Part shown: positions 34,648-47,559 of the stretch, one piece after another
Numbering within the stretch: the first letter of the stretch is position 1
How the letters are laid out: each line of letters begins with the position of its first letter
Assembly: GCF_001194135.2 (NCBI RefSeq)
Contig: NC_068984.1
Coordinates: 59,351,337 to 59,399,557, forward strand
Length of the DNA: 48,221 bases
Source: Octopus bimaculoides
Lineage: Eukaryota
Direction of reading: 5' to 3'
Notes under the pieces: generated by a model
The model's input: the letters and a program-made list of their open reading frames with translations, nothing else
Databases searched by the model: none
What the model was told of the DNA's origin: nothing
Made by a program: the position numbers and the translations under genes

Positions 34648-37113
34648 AAATTCTTTGCAAATTACTTCAGTTTTCTCTATATATATTAACGTGTATGTTG
34701 TATAGATAATTAGATTACTAACATCTTGATTAAAATTTTACAATAGTACTTGTAGTAATAACACCTACTCAATTGCGATCTTTGGATGCTTTTATGACAC
34801 ATTCCATGCAATGACGTGCTAGTGCCATCCAAATATTTTTGTATTTTGCTGATACCAGATTACAATTACGAACGAGAGATTCAGCTATCTCAAATTATGT
34901 ATAGTATCAATATGTCATCTTAATTTTTATTGAAATCTTCAAACGCCACCTGATTCTCGTGTTACTGACAAACAGGCCGATTTGTTTGTTACGCTAAACT
35001 TTCTACACCTGTAGTGTCTACTCTTACTTGTATCAATGCTCGATACACCGAAAGGACAATTATGCTTGACCTCTTTCTCAATCTTTACCATTATCATCAC
35101 AACAATCATCGTCTGATCAATGTCTAGTCAAAGCAACTCGCCTCTTATTTTCCTCGCTATAGTCCATTTCTTATTTAGGTATCGCTATCACGTCACTCTA
35201 ATTAACCTGAATACTCGCAAATTAAGACAACCCACTTCATATCTTCCACACAATAACCTCCTCCCGCAATCCTTTAGTGCTTCAAGTCAGCTAATTGATT
35301 AATATTCTACTTATTTTATGCTAATTCTGGCAGCAAATTTGTTTCACTTTTGACCCTTTCGAGACAGTTAAGTTGGATGATTCATACTATCTTTGTATGT
35401 ATACCCCTTTATATTCTGCACACAACCAAAACCCCTACAACCTACCCTAGCCAACTGATTTATACACAGCTGTGCTGCAGCGGTACAGGCAAAATCACTA
35501 CCTACAACACAAGTGCAACACTCGCATGACCACCTTGGGGAAAAGAAAGGATGCCTTCATACATTGCACAGCAACCTATAAATTCTTCTGCTTCCTAAAT
35601 TTCAGCAGTCTTCTGATGATCTCTTTCCAAGAGGGTTTATACCAGTTTGGTGGGATATTTCTACCTTTCACTTCACAGTTTTTGCCTGCTTCAAACTCCA
35701 CGTTGCAACACATCTCTCTCTCTCTCTCTCTCTCTCAATACCATCAGTTACATCATCATGCACAAAAACTTGTGCAGACAAGACAAAGAGGAGGCAGATG
35801 GCAGGGTTTTGCGGTCATTCACTTGCAGACAAATCTCCCTCAAATTAAATTCAACTGTCTTGAAAATGGAGGGACATGTTGGATAAAGTAGTCCTAGATA
35901 TGCATTGCCTTCAAAAATTAAAAAATGGTCATAGCTGAAAGCTTTTGATTATAGGTGTGCTCATTTAGGGGTAGCTTGAAGCTAAACTGTAACAGCACGT
36001 TGTCCAGCTGCTCCAACCCAATAACATGGCCAAGCACAATGATGTCACATATATTACCTTCAAACAGCACATTGTTAATTCCTATCCTCACCAGGGGTTT
36101 TAATCCTTCTCTCTCTGTTGAAATCTACTCTTACCTTTGAAAACACACACAGTATATTTAGTGTGTTTCATCTGCAAAGAAAGCAACTTCTGACTCCATT
36201 ACTTCTCAAAACTGATGGAAACTGTAATAAACAGGGATTTTGTTCATAACCTTAAGTTTTTTTTCTTCACCAATGAATGCCTGTTGTACAGTTCCTATAG
36301 AGTTACCAAGTGGTTTGTGAGGGTACAGGGCTTAGTGGTTATGTATTGCTCTCACAATTGTGAAATCATGGTTTCAATTCCTGGACCAGATGGTATGTTG
36401 TGTTCTTGAGCAAAACACTTCATCTCAGTGCTCTGCAATCACTTCAACACCTCGTGTGGTACACTGTGCACCTGTTCAGAGCAACATTGATTTGATGGAG
36501 AAAGTGAGCTTAAAGTACAGCACAAATATTTGGTCACTATAAACAAATCATTTTCTACAGCTAGATGCCATTCCCATTGCTAACCCTCCTCTGTTTCCAA
36601 GCAAGGTAATATTTCCCCATGATGAGGCATGTTTTCACAGTATATTGGAAGCAAATTACACTGCTTGTATGAAAGTGACAATGATTTACAACTATATGCA
36701 ATGTCAGGACAAGGAGACACAAACATACATATACACATGATAGAATTCTTGCAGTTTCTATCAACCAAATCTACTCGCAAAACTTTTGTCAGCCTGGGGC
36801 TATAGTAGAAGACGCTGCCCAAGATGCCATGCATTGGGACTGAACCCTGTGATTGGGAAACAAACTTCTTATCACACAGACATGCATGCACCAAACCAAT
36901 TATTTGAAAAATATATCTACTTTCATATTAAAAATTATCAGAAAAAATATATCAACTTTCATTTTTTAAATTATCAGAAAAATATATTTCTTTCATTCTA
37001 TAAACTATAAGAAAAATATATTCACTTTCATTTTACAAATTATGAGAAACATACATATTCACTTTACTTTCACAATAATTTGAGAAATATTTTAACTTTT
37101 ACTTTACAAATTA

Positions 37114-38388
37114 CAAGGGGCGTTCATTACAGATTTCTCATAACCCACTTCTGGTCATTGTAGGAAATGGAACTTGTACAGGTACAATCATACATGTCAC
37201 ATTGTAAATTGCAGCTTTCCACTAGTATTTGTTTGTCTTTTATAGCTGCTGAAGTAGACTAAAGTGTTATAATGGAGGCAGTTGAATGCAGATCAGTGAT
37301 CAGGTTCTTTTACTTAAAAGATCGTACCAAAAGAGACTTTCAATGAAATGAAAAAAGTTTATGGTGATGATGCATCATCATACAACATAGTCAAGCACTG
37401 GCATTGCCAGTTCAAATGTGGTCAGACATGGTGGAAACTGCTCCTATTCCTGGACAACCACATTCTGCCATTGATGACGACACCCTCTATAAAGTGGAAG
37501 CTGCCATTCTGGAGGATCGCTGCATAGCTATTCAGCAACTAGCCCAAGAGATTAAGATAAGTGTAAGGTCCATGGAAAAAATTATTCATGACCATTTGCA
37601 CATGCAGAAGTTGTCTGCATTATGGATTCCCCAGATGCTCACACCTTTTCAGATGCAGGAAATGAGTTAATTGCTCCCAGGCTCTTTTTGACAATGTGCC
37701 AAGAAAATAAGGAGGACCTCTTCAGCAGATTTATCATATAGGTTGAGAAATGAGTCCATCACTATGATCCTGAGATTAGTCCAGTCGAAGCAATGGAAGC
37801 ATGATAACTCACCACCTCCAAAGAAGGCTCGTGTCCAATCCTCAGCAGGCAAGGTGATGCTCACAGTTTTGAGACCAGCGTGGACTAGTGATGATGGATT
37901 TTCTGGCAAAGTGCACCACAATTAACAGGGCATATTATGCTTCTCTGCTGCAGAAATTGGTGAGACGCCATCAAAGCAGAGAGGCATGGCATGCTGACCA
38001 AAAGAGTCCACCTCCTCCAAATCAACACCCCAATTCAATGCACATGTTGCCCAGATGAAAGCACACTCCTGCAGCTATGAAGTCCTTCCACATCCCCCCT
38101 TACTCTGCCAACCTCGCACCATCTGACTTCCACCTCTTTCCAACCATGAAGTCTTTTTTGAAGAGGGAGCACTTTTTGGATGATGAACTTATTTCTGAGG
38201 TAAAGTCTTGACTACAGACACAACCTACCGACTTCTACAGACAAGGTCTTCACAGCTGCATAAAGTGATGGGAGAAGTGTGTCACCATTAGTGGTTGCTA
38301 TGTAGAGAAGGACTAATAATTATGCCAAGTTTCATTTATCCCAATCCTTGGGAAGTGGCTGAGGGGAAATCTCTAATGAACACCCCCT
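37114..38388 (+). mobile_element. Full-length decayed mariner
   Basis: TIRs CAAGGGGCGTTCATTACAGATTTC and GAAATCTCTAATGAACACCCCCT next to TA. Remnant peptides MEAVECRSVIRFFYLK, LWIPQML, TMILRLVQSKQWKHDNSPPPKKARVQSSAGKVMLTV and PHPPYSANLAPSDFHLFP. Confidence 0.9.
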
Positions 38389-38474
38389 TATATATCATAT
38401 ATACTATATTATCAAGTGAGATTGTGTTCCTTTGGACTTTTTCTGAAAAAAAAGGTGGGGACAGAATCACAAGA

Positions 38475-38545
38475 AAACAACAGAGAACAAGCAACATAAT
38501 CACTTTTAAACAACAGAGAACAAGCAACATAATCACTTTTAAACA
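38475..38545. repeat. Exact 33-bp tandem duplication
   Basis: AAACAACAGAGAACAAGCAACATAATCACTTTT twice (38475-38507, 38508-38540). Confidence 0.9.
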
Positions 38546-38899
38546 TAAATATTTCTAAACATACACAATATAATATAGACACAGAACACAAAAACATTTC
38601 AAGAGGAATATGTTAGGGAATCAATAAGAATTGTAATATCATAAGATTACATTTTTACTTCAAAAGATGTTGACTAATGTGTGAGGAGTGGTGGTAGATT
38701 GAGCGTTACTAAGAGGATGTGGTGCAATATTTACTATCTTATAGGTCATTATCACAAATATCAGCTTGATAGGTGAAGAATGTATCAAAAGTTGTTGTTT
38801 ATGACGTATCATCTCTTTGTACAGCTTAGGATAGGAGCTGAGCTAATTGTAAATTCCTCTTGTAATTTTTATGCCAACCTTTAAGCAATAATTTTTGTC

Positions 38900-40195
38900 A
38901 ATTTAAGTGGTGTAGATGGAACTTTTGTCGTCTCCTCTGTATTCTCAGCTTTTTATCTCTGGGACACTAGCAACTCACTCACATCATCCTCTTTGACTTC
39001 TCCTTTGCAAATGTTTCAATATCTTTCTGAATTTGATGTAGACTTTCTGCTTGAGGGAAACTTGTAATATCACACATACAGTCTGGCCATATACTTTTTC
39101 AAGCACTATTCAAAGTTGAAGATTTCACTTCTTCCCATGACTCAACTATATTATCTGCAGCATCCAGTATGTTGAATTTCTTCCAGAAATCTCTAACTGT
39201 AGGTTTATCCTCCCTGTTAATTGCTTTCATAAGCTGTTTGAAAGTTCTTCTCATATAATATGCTTTGAAGTTAGCTATCACACCTTGATCCATTGGCTGG
39301 AGCAAAGAAGTTGTATTCTTGGGGATAAATTCTACTCTCACATTATCAAAAAGGTCATCTAAATTTTCTAGGTGGCTCAGTGCATTGTGTAAAAGAAGCA
39401 ATGTTTTGTTGGAAATATTATGTCTAATACTGTACTACAGGACAAAAAACGTTTGTACTACTCTTTGAAAAATGCTCTTAATCTTCATGCATGTCAAATT
39501 GGGAGTAGATTAGACTTTGTGTAACCTTTGAAAACCCTTAGATTTTTTGAGTGATACACATGTAGAGGCATTAATTTCATATCACCAGCAGCATTTCCTC
39601 CCAAAAGAGGTGTCAAATGATTTTTGGAAGCTTTAAATCCTGGTGATGATTTTTCTTCTTGAGAAATAAAAGTTCAAGCTGGCATGCATTTCCAGAGAAG
39701 TGTAATTTCATCAGCATTGTGTACTTGCTCTGGTGTGTAGCCCCCTTCAGCAATCATTTTCTTTAACTGCTCAAGATAATTAATAGCAGCCTTTGTAGTT
39801 TCACCAGTCATTTTTAAGTTGTGCTAATTCATCCACTTTTTACACATTCAAACCAGCTTTTACTAACCAAAAAGGGGTTTTTCTTAAACGTTTCACCTTC
39901 CTTTTTCAGCAAATCGTGTTTATTGACACATTTATGCTGATTTGATCCTTGATCTATACACTCAAGAGTCGTTCCATTCTAAGCATTACATTAGATTTAT
40001 AGAAAATAAGTTCAGGCAGTTAGTGGAGGAGTTTCTTGAGCGCTTGACATAATTTTCTCTCTATTGTCACATATAGTTCCTACTGTAGACGTTGGCAAAC
40101 TTAAGTTTACTTCTGCATCAAGTCTCTTCAAAACATCAAGTTTATTATTCAGTGTAATCCCTTTACAGTTCCTTTTCACACTCGTGCCTTCAGGT
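38900..40195 (-). mobile_element. Tigger/pogo transposase remnant
   Basis: LLLHNALSH..VRVEFIPKNTTSLLQPMDQGVIANFKAYY is a pogo DDE_1 motif. Upstream broken frames give KGITLNNKLDVLKR (HTH start). Confidence 0.88.
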
Positions 40196-40199
40196 CAGA

Positions 40200-41690
40200 C
40201 ATCTTGAATTGAAGGCAAATCCAACAGTAACAGCAATTAATTATCCACAACTATGTATTCTTCTTACCCGACTGAATAGGTGTCTTGTAAATGATGTCCT
40301 ATCCGAATCTCAATGTGGTTTCCAATCTGGAAGAGGAACAATGAATATGATTTACACAGTGAGACAGATGCATGAGAAGTGCTATGAGTAGAATATGGAT
40401 CTTGTCGAGGTATTCATTGATTTAACCAAGGCCTTTGATACTGTGAATAGGGCCTCCCTATGGAAAATACTTGGTAAACTTGGATGCCCAGATCATTTTG
40501 TATCAATAATCAAATCATTTCATTATGGGATAGAGGCTTAGATCAATGTTGGTGGTGGCATGGCAAGGCCCTGTAAAGAATGGTGTCAAGGAGGGTAACA
40601 TCCTTGCACCAGCTCTCTTTTCTCTGTACTTTGCTGTTACTCTTACTCATGCTTTTGCTGTGGACAGCTCTCCAGGGATATATGTTAGGTATCAATCTTC
40701 TGGCCACCTTTTTAACTTGCGTCAATTTGTTGCCAATTCCAAAGTTTTCCAGTCACTTATTCATGACCTCTTTTATGCAGATGACTTTGACTTAGCCACT
40801 CATACAGCAGATGATATGAAAATGCTTGTGAATCATATTTCTGCTTCTTGCAAGGCATTTGGATTCAGCATTGGCTTGGACAAGAATGTTGTAATGTTCC
40901 AGCCTGCACCAGGAAACCCATATGTGGAACCAGCTATCTTGGTTGAAGGAACAATACTGAAAGTGATAGACAAGTTTGTTTACCTGAGCAGCACACTCAG
41001 CCATTCTTGTTCCTTGGATGATGAAATATCTTTCAGGCTGCAGAGAGCAACTGATTCCTTCAGGTCTTTTGAGTCTAATGCCTAGTCCTAAATATGGCAT
41101 CACAAAGCAAAGAAAGATGGCTGTGTACCATGCATATGTACTGACATCGCTCCTTTACTCATGTGTGACATGGATCCTTTACAAATGTCATGTAAAGGTC
41201 CTTGAACACTTCCATCAATGATGTCTGAGACACATTCCCAATGTTGGCTGGACCTTAAAAACTCCATGTCCTGAGGAAAGCCAATATCCTGAGTATGGAA
41301 GTGATGGTGCACAAACACTAGTTACATTGGACTGGACATCTTGTTAAAATGAATGATAGCAGGATCCTTAAACAGATACCATTTGGGGAACTTGATAGTG
41401 GAATGCAACCCCAGAAGAAGCTAGGACTGTAATTTAAGGACTGTATAAAGTCCTCATTAAAGGCCTGTGAAATGTGGGAGGCTGACTAGGAGAGCAATGC
41501 TTGTCATTGCCACAGATGGAGGAAACAGGTAAAGGAGGGAGTTGATACCTTTCAAAGAGCATGTATTCTTCATGAAGAATTTAAGCATGCTGCTTGAAAA
41601 TGCACTGGTAGTGTAATGAATGGGGAAGCTTGGTCTGCAATGTATGTTTGTCAAGAGCAGGGCTCGTTAGTCACCAACAGAGCCACTAGT
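40200..41690 (+). mobile_element. RTE (BovB-like) LINE reverse transcriptase fragment, decayed
   Basis: VLSESQCGFQSGRGTMNMIYTVRQMHEKC, FIDLTKAFDTVNR, GVKEGNILAPALFSLYF, LFYADD and VIDKFVYL; multiple stops and frameshifts. Confidence 0.9.
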
Positions 41691-42818
41691 GTAAAGTATA
41701 AAGTAGTCTTGAGCGCACAATATTCCTAAAGGTCAGTAATGGTTTTCCTTGGTCACAAGTGGACGGCCATCATGTATGTATGTATGTATGTGGTCATCAT
41801 CATTTTGTATCTGATCTTCTATGCTAAAAGATCACTATTGTTTGAGTCAGTTCTTGTTCACAATTACTGCCCTCTAAATAAGTTGGGGACTATGTCGAGT
41901 ATGTTTGTTCCATTTTTTGTATGGTTTTGCATGGTTTCTCTATCACCAACCACTTTATAAGGTGAACTGAGTATATTTTACCATAGCTTCAGTGCTGGAG
42001 GGGTCAGGTTGTCTTGTTCCCTGCATGACTAAAGAACCTTCTCTGCTCTACATCGCTTCTGTTCATCAGCACCAGAGTTGACATCCCATCCAGCAGATAT
42101 TGTCCATTTGCAGCAAATCTACAGCATCCCATTGATATATCTAATATTCAGTATTTCTTTTGGCTCACTTCTACTGTATCATGTTATTAAAAAAAAGGTA
42201 GTCACTGGCTGTGCAATGAGGTCAGAGTACAAAAGAGATGGAAGGACTGAAGCTATTGGGTAGTGAATTATTTGAAGTGAGACATACAACCCATCAGGTC
42301 ATTGAAACATCACTTGCAGACTTTGTCTTCACATAGCATACTGAGAGCAAACCTATCAATGTGCAAATAACACATGTATGGAAGTGTTTCACTTCAGCAC
42401 TACGAGTGAAAGAAATACTCAACCACTACATACATCTGTTCTATTGCTTATAGCCCTACCTTTACGTGGTACGCATTTACAATAACGTTGAATGAACAAA
42501 CATATTTCATAGAGTAAAGAGTTTACACAGAGCTTGTGATGAAGTATAAATTGTGGATCTTCTATGAACATTCTTCCTACTCCCCTTTTGAAGCATCAGT
42601 TTCATTTTTCAGTGACTTCAGTGAATGTCTTCGTTAAAAAGAGTTTTGGAAGATCAATCCAGTTCAAAGTAAAACAAATAAAAATAAAGTGACAAAATGA
42701 TATGAGGTTGTTAAGAAAATGGTTTCTTTAATACTATTCTGCAGAATATGAACTTTAGATTTTAAAAATGTAGTTCCAAATGAAAGAACCTTAATTATTT
42801 TCTTGCATATCATTTTAG

Positions 42819-42934
42819 GAACAGAACTTATCACTACCACTGCTACAATTCCTTCAAAATACCAAACTGTTGTAATTGTTGAAAGTGATAAAAAAGGCTT
42901 CCTTACAACAGCTAAACGCTTTAAAAATATAGCA
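42819..42934 (+). CDS. STPG1: STPG1 (sperm-tail PG-rich repeat protein 1 / MAPO2)-like exon
   Basis: ttttag acceptor, GTAAGT donor, phase 1-0. Encodes TELITTTATIPSKYQTVVIVESDKKGFLTTAKRFKNIA, similar to human STPG1 SIP...VIPESEKKGFNSQAKRF (recalled). Confidence 0.85.
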
Positions 42935-43984
42935 GTAAGTAAAGCATGAAAATGTCCTCTATTTAGTCTTGTTAAAAATTGCTTTGTATTTTAAGTGTAT
43001 CCATGCTGCAAATATCAACTAGTTAAAATTATTGAGATAAATAAGAATTTATGAACTTCAAAGGAATGTGAAATAATTCTTTTTTAGAACAGTTAATGCT
43101 GAAGCAGAAAACCTATAAATAATAAATAATAATGTGTAAATATATGAACCAACATCTCCCACAGACAGCTTTTGACCTTTGTATCCAAAGGATTTTTTAA
43201 ACCCAATATTGATTTCAAATTTTGACACAAGGCCAGCAATTTCAGGGAATGGGATAAACCAATTATATCAATCCCAATACTCAACTGGTACTTATTTTAT
43301 GGACCTAGAAAGGATGAAAGACAAAGTTGACCTCAGGGGAATCTGGACAAAAAATGTAAAGATGAATGAAATGCCACCAAGCATTTTGTCCAGTGTGCTA
43401 ACAATTCTGCCAGCTCATTGCCTTATTTTTTTTTTTAAAGCAAATATTTACATGCTGTTATTTATAGCTTTTCTGCTTCGAGATCCAATGTTTTAAAAAA
43501 CAATTATCTAGGTAAAATTTCAGTTTCAAACACATTACATCAATTTTCCTTGAATTTATAAATTTTAGACTTTTTCATGATTTTTCTTCTGGATGTAAAT
43601 TGTTTTAATATGTAATTCCTACACTTTCCTGATAGAGAAATGTTCAAATCATGTAAGCAAAAAAAAAAAAAAAAAAAATTTCAAAAACCCAGATTGCATT
43701 CAATAACAGAGCTATTTAAATATTTTCAGAATTATATTACTTAGTTTATTTCTGTCAAAGAAAGCAAGACTGAAAAGAGAAAAAAAATTATCTACTTTTG
43801 ACCTAATCTTTGTCATCATGACACCTTGCCTCAGTAAATCAACCCACAAACTACAAACATCAAGACATTTAGACACACTAAGTGTGTTACATTTACAGAT
43901 AATTTGATCTTAAAATCACAAGTAGTTTTTATCTAATCAACTATTTTATCTATATAATTTAGTATGTATTATGCAGATAACGAC

Positions 43985-44040
43985 ACTACATATATATATA
44001 TATATTATAAGTGTGTGAGTAGTGTAGTGTGTGTGTATAT

Positions 44041-44124
<84 letters not shown>
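43985..44124. repeat. (AT)n/(GT)n compound microsatellite
   Basis: Long pure (AT)n at about 44048-44124, preceded by GT/AT mixtures. Source of the spurious YIYIYI ORFs. Confidence 0.97.
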
Positions 44125-44127
<3 letters not shown>

Positions 44128-44569
44128 CAAACAGACTCCAAAGAGGCTGGTGTTGGTCTGTGTTGCAAGACTTATATAATGACTTATATAGTCACCTCAT
44201 GGCAAGTTCACCAACCAACCAAACAAAGAAACAAACAATTGATTAATTAATTTATTACAGGTGGAAGATGCATTTTTTGCCATTCAAAAGCACATAAAAA
44301 CTGTTAACTTTACTTAAACATTTATTATTTGGTGTCAAATTTTCTTTACACTAACTGGAACCTGGTCACTGACACAATTTCACTTGTGAACCAAGTTGCA
44401 GCTAGTGCAAGGAAAATTTGACACCAAATAATAAAAGTGTGAAGTTAAGAGGTTTTTTTTTGTTTTTTGAATGTCTATTACATGTCTTCCATGTTGTAAT
44501 TTTTTTTAGTTATAACACATGGTCTGAAATCCACTCACTTGCCAAACAACTACATCTTGGAAACAAATA

Positions 44570-44900
44570 TTATCATCATCATCGTTTAACATCCACTTTC
44601 CATGCTGGCATGAATTGGATAGTTTGACTGAGGACTGGCAAGCTAGGAGGCTGCATCAGGCTCCAATCTGATCTGGCAAAGTTTCTACAGCTGGATGCCC
44701 TTCCTAATGCCAACCACTCTGAGAGTGTAGTGGGTGCTTTTTACATTCCACCAGCACAGGGGCCAGTCAGGTGGCACTGGCATCAACCACACTTGAATGG
44801 TGCCTCTTATGTGCCACCGGCATGGGACCACTCAGGCGGCACTGGCATCAACCACACTCGTATGGTGCTTTTTACATGCCATCGGCACGGGAGCCAGTCT
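44570..44900 (-). mobile_element. Older copy of the RTE 3'-tail repeat
   Basis: (CAT)n + GTTTAACATCCACTTTCCATGCTGGCATG..CTGGATGCCCTTCCTAATGCCAACCAC. Further copies at about 3535-3745 (-), 4355-4512 (+), 13845-14040 (-), 16790-16950 (-) and 46325-46690 (-). Confidence 0.8.
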
Positions 44901-45170
44901 TTCCCTAATTAGTTGGGCTATGACCCTCTCTGTAACTTTTCTCACCTGATCCAATAATTTGATACCCTATAGTTATTTCCATCTAAAGCATCACCTTTAC
45001 CCTTGTAGCACTTGACTAAGGTGCTGCTACACTAGTCATTAGGTATGACTCTTTCATGAACTACCTGATTTACAATGCGAGCAACAAAACCATAACCCAC
45101 ACCAGCTGGTACTAATTCTATCAACCCCAAAAGATAAAAGGCAAAGATAACCTCAGCAGAATTTGAACTT

Positions 45171-45402
45171 CAGCCGCGAGCTGGCAGAAACGTTAGCACA
45201 CCGGGCGAAATGCTTACCGGTATTTCATCTGCCGTTACGTTCTGAGTTCAAATTCCGCTGAGGTCGACTTTGCCTTTCATCCTTTCGGGGTTGATAAATT
45301 AAGTACCAGTTACACACTGGGGTCGATGTAATCGACTTAATCCCTTTGTCTGTCCTTGTTTGTCCCCTCTGTGTTTAGCCCCTTGTGGGCAATAAAGAAA
45401 TA
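45171..45402 (+). mobile_element. Young tRNA-derived SINE with 13-bp TSD, nested in an older antisense copy of the same family (about 45100-45485)
   Basis: A-box-like GAGCTGGCAGAAACGTTAG and B-box GAGTTCAAATTCC. TSD AGAAT(T/C)TGAACTT at 45158-45170 and 45403-45415. Confidence 0.85.
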
Positions 45403-45683
45403 AGAATCTGAACTTCGAATGTGAAGACAGATGAAATGTTGTTAAACATTTTGCCCAGCATGCTAACAATTCTGCTAGTTCACCACCCTATAATTTCCCA
45501 GACAATATTAAGAATATGGTTGGTACATCATGATAGATCTGTGGATATAACTAATATTACTCAACAACATCAATAACAATTGTTAAGACCAGATAAAAAT
45601 AGAGTTAAGTTTAATCTTACTTGAAGGCAGAAATCTGATTTATGAATATTCTTCTGAATATTGTAACATTTTTTGTTGAACAG

Positions 45684-45782
45684 AATGATATTCCTGGACC
45701 AGGAAAATATGAAACCCTCACAGATTTTGAATCAAACAGTGCTTCATACTCAAAAAAAGGGACTGGTGGCCTGGCATCACTG
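45684..45782 (+). CDS. STPG1: STPG1-like exon with first PGPG(x)Y repeat
   Basis: U-tract + aacag acceptor, CTG|GTAAGT donor, phase 0-0. Encodes NDIPGPGKYETLTDFESNSASYSKKGTGGLASL; compare human NDIPGPGFY...SLSKKGT. Confidence 0.88.
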
Positions 45783-47434
45783 GTAAGTTGGTAATCTTTT
45801 TCTTCTCTATTAAAAGAAAATTATTATGAAAACCAAAAATGTTTTCCTACTACTAAAAGATATTTAGAAGAGAAGAATAAGGAAAATTCAATTTTTAATC
45901 TTATGACTGCATGAAAAGACATTTGAATTGACTGATATAACATAAATATGAGTCTTATAATATCATTCCTCTATGTTTTCATGTTATTGAAGCTGATTTA
46001 AAATTGTTTGTATCCAGTACCTATTAAATATATACAAGTACCAATTAATTGACTTTGCCAATTATTTAATTGACCATAAGTCTCACCTTCAAAAATTGCT
46101 TGTGCTTATTCAAAAGAAATCTACTGTGTCTGCCATTCCATTGATTGGTGTAGTTAACTTTTTAAAAATTTCTGACATGGTTTTAAGATAAAAATAATTA
46201 TCATTTTATGAACATTTATCATATTTACTCACAAAAATATAACAAATATGAAGATGTTATGGCAAAGTCTTATTTTACTGGTGTGCAACTTTGACCAGCT
46301 TCTGTGTGTGTGTGTGTGCTCGCGCATCATCATCATCATTCAATATCCATCTTCCATGCTAGCATGGGTGGGACAGTACCACAAGACCCGGACAAGATAA
46401 AGCCTGCACCAGACTCTTGTGACTGTTTTGGCAGGATTTTTACAGCTGGATGCCCTTCCTAACACCAACCACTCAGCAGTGTGGACTTAATGCTTTTTAC
46501 ATGGCACAAGCACAGGCAAGGTGAGCAGTGTTTTTTACATGGCACAAGCATAGGCAAGGTCAGTTTTGGCAAGGTTTTTACAGCTGGATGCCCTTACGAA
46601 CACCAACCACTTTACAGTGTGGACTGGGTGCTTTTAAGTGGCACCTGCACTGATAGGGTCACCAAGTACTTGCAAGCCATAAAAAAAATTTAAGAGTGGA
46701 GGAGGCATTGGAGGTGATGATGAAAAAGTTATAGTGGTGAGACAGATACCGGTGTCTTGCTGTAGAGGAAGCACAAGGTTTCCCAGCTGGAGAGAGAAAG
46801 ATCAAGAATGAAGGCAGAAACAGGTGTGCTACCGCAAGGAAAATACACAGTTACCCAACCTGAGGGAAGTGCCGGAGAAGGAAAGAGTGTAGGAGACAGC
46901 AGGATAGAGCTGGTGGCAAAATGCCAGGCATACTCACAAGGAATGGGGATCAGAATATAAATGAGATGGTTGAGTAAAGGAAGAAAGAGATATAGATGGT
47001 GGAAAGTGCCAGGGCATACTCTTGAGGTTCAAATGCCATAATATAAGTGGCAGGATTTTGTGAAGGGAGTGTGATGAAAGAGTGTGAGTAAGCAGTGAAA
47101 GACCTGGGTATATATAGAGTTGGAAGGGCTATCGGTTTGCAATAATACAGAAGAACAGGAGTGTGAGGACAGGATTGGGGAGTGAGAGCTAGGTATAGTG
47201 TATGAAGGAGGAAATGTGAGAAAGAGAAGAGATGTAAATTGGCTTGTTGGGGTAGGGCGAGGGAAAAGTTTTCTTGTTACATGTGGGTGAAACACCCAGG
47301 TTGGGGTATAGCAGATGGCAATAATAGAATGAGACAAGGCCTGTGGGTAGAATGCACAGGTTGGGGGCTAGCAGAGAGCAATGATACTGTGGCACAGGGC
47401 CAAGGGTATAGGATTGGGGAATGGGAGATAATCA

Positions 47435-47517
47435 TTTATATATATATATATATATATAATTACCTCCACTCCCCAATCTTATATATGTGTGAGTGTGTAT
47501 GTATGTGTATATATGTA

Positions 47518-47559
<42 letters not shown>

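Noticed and set aside
43964-44250. ORFs rich in YI/CV repeats (also 47239-48072)
   Set aside because: Translations of (AT)n/(GT)n microsatellites.
45171-45260. tRNA-like A/B boxes
   Set aside because: No cloverleaf with a proper acceptor stem; continues into a SINE body with a TSD, so not a tRNA gene.
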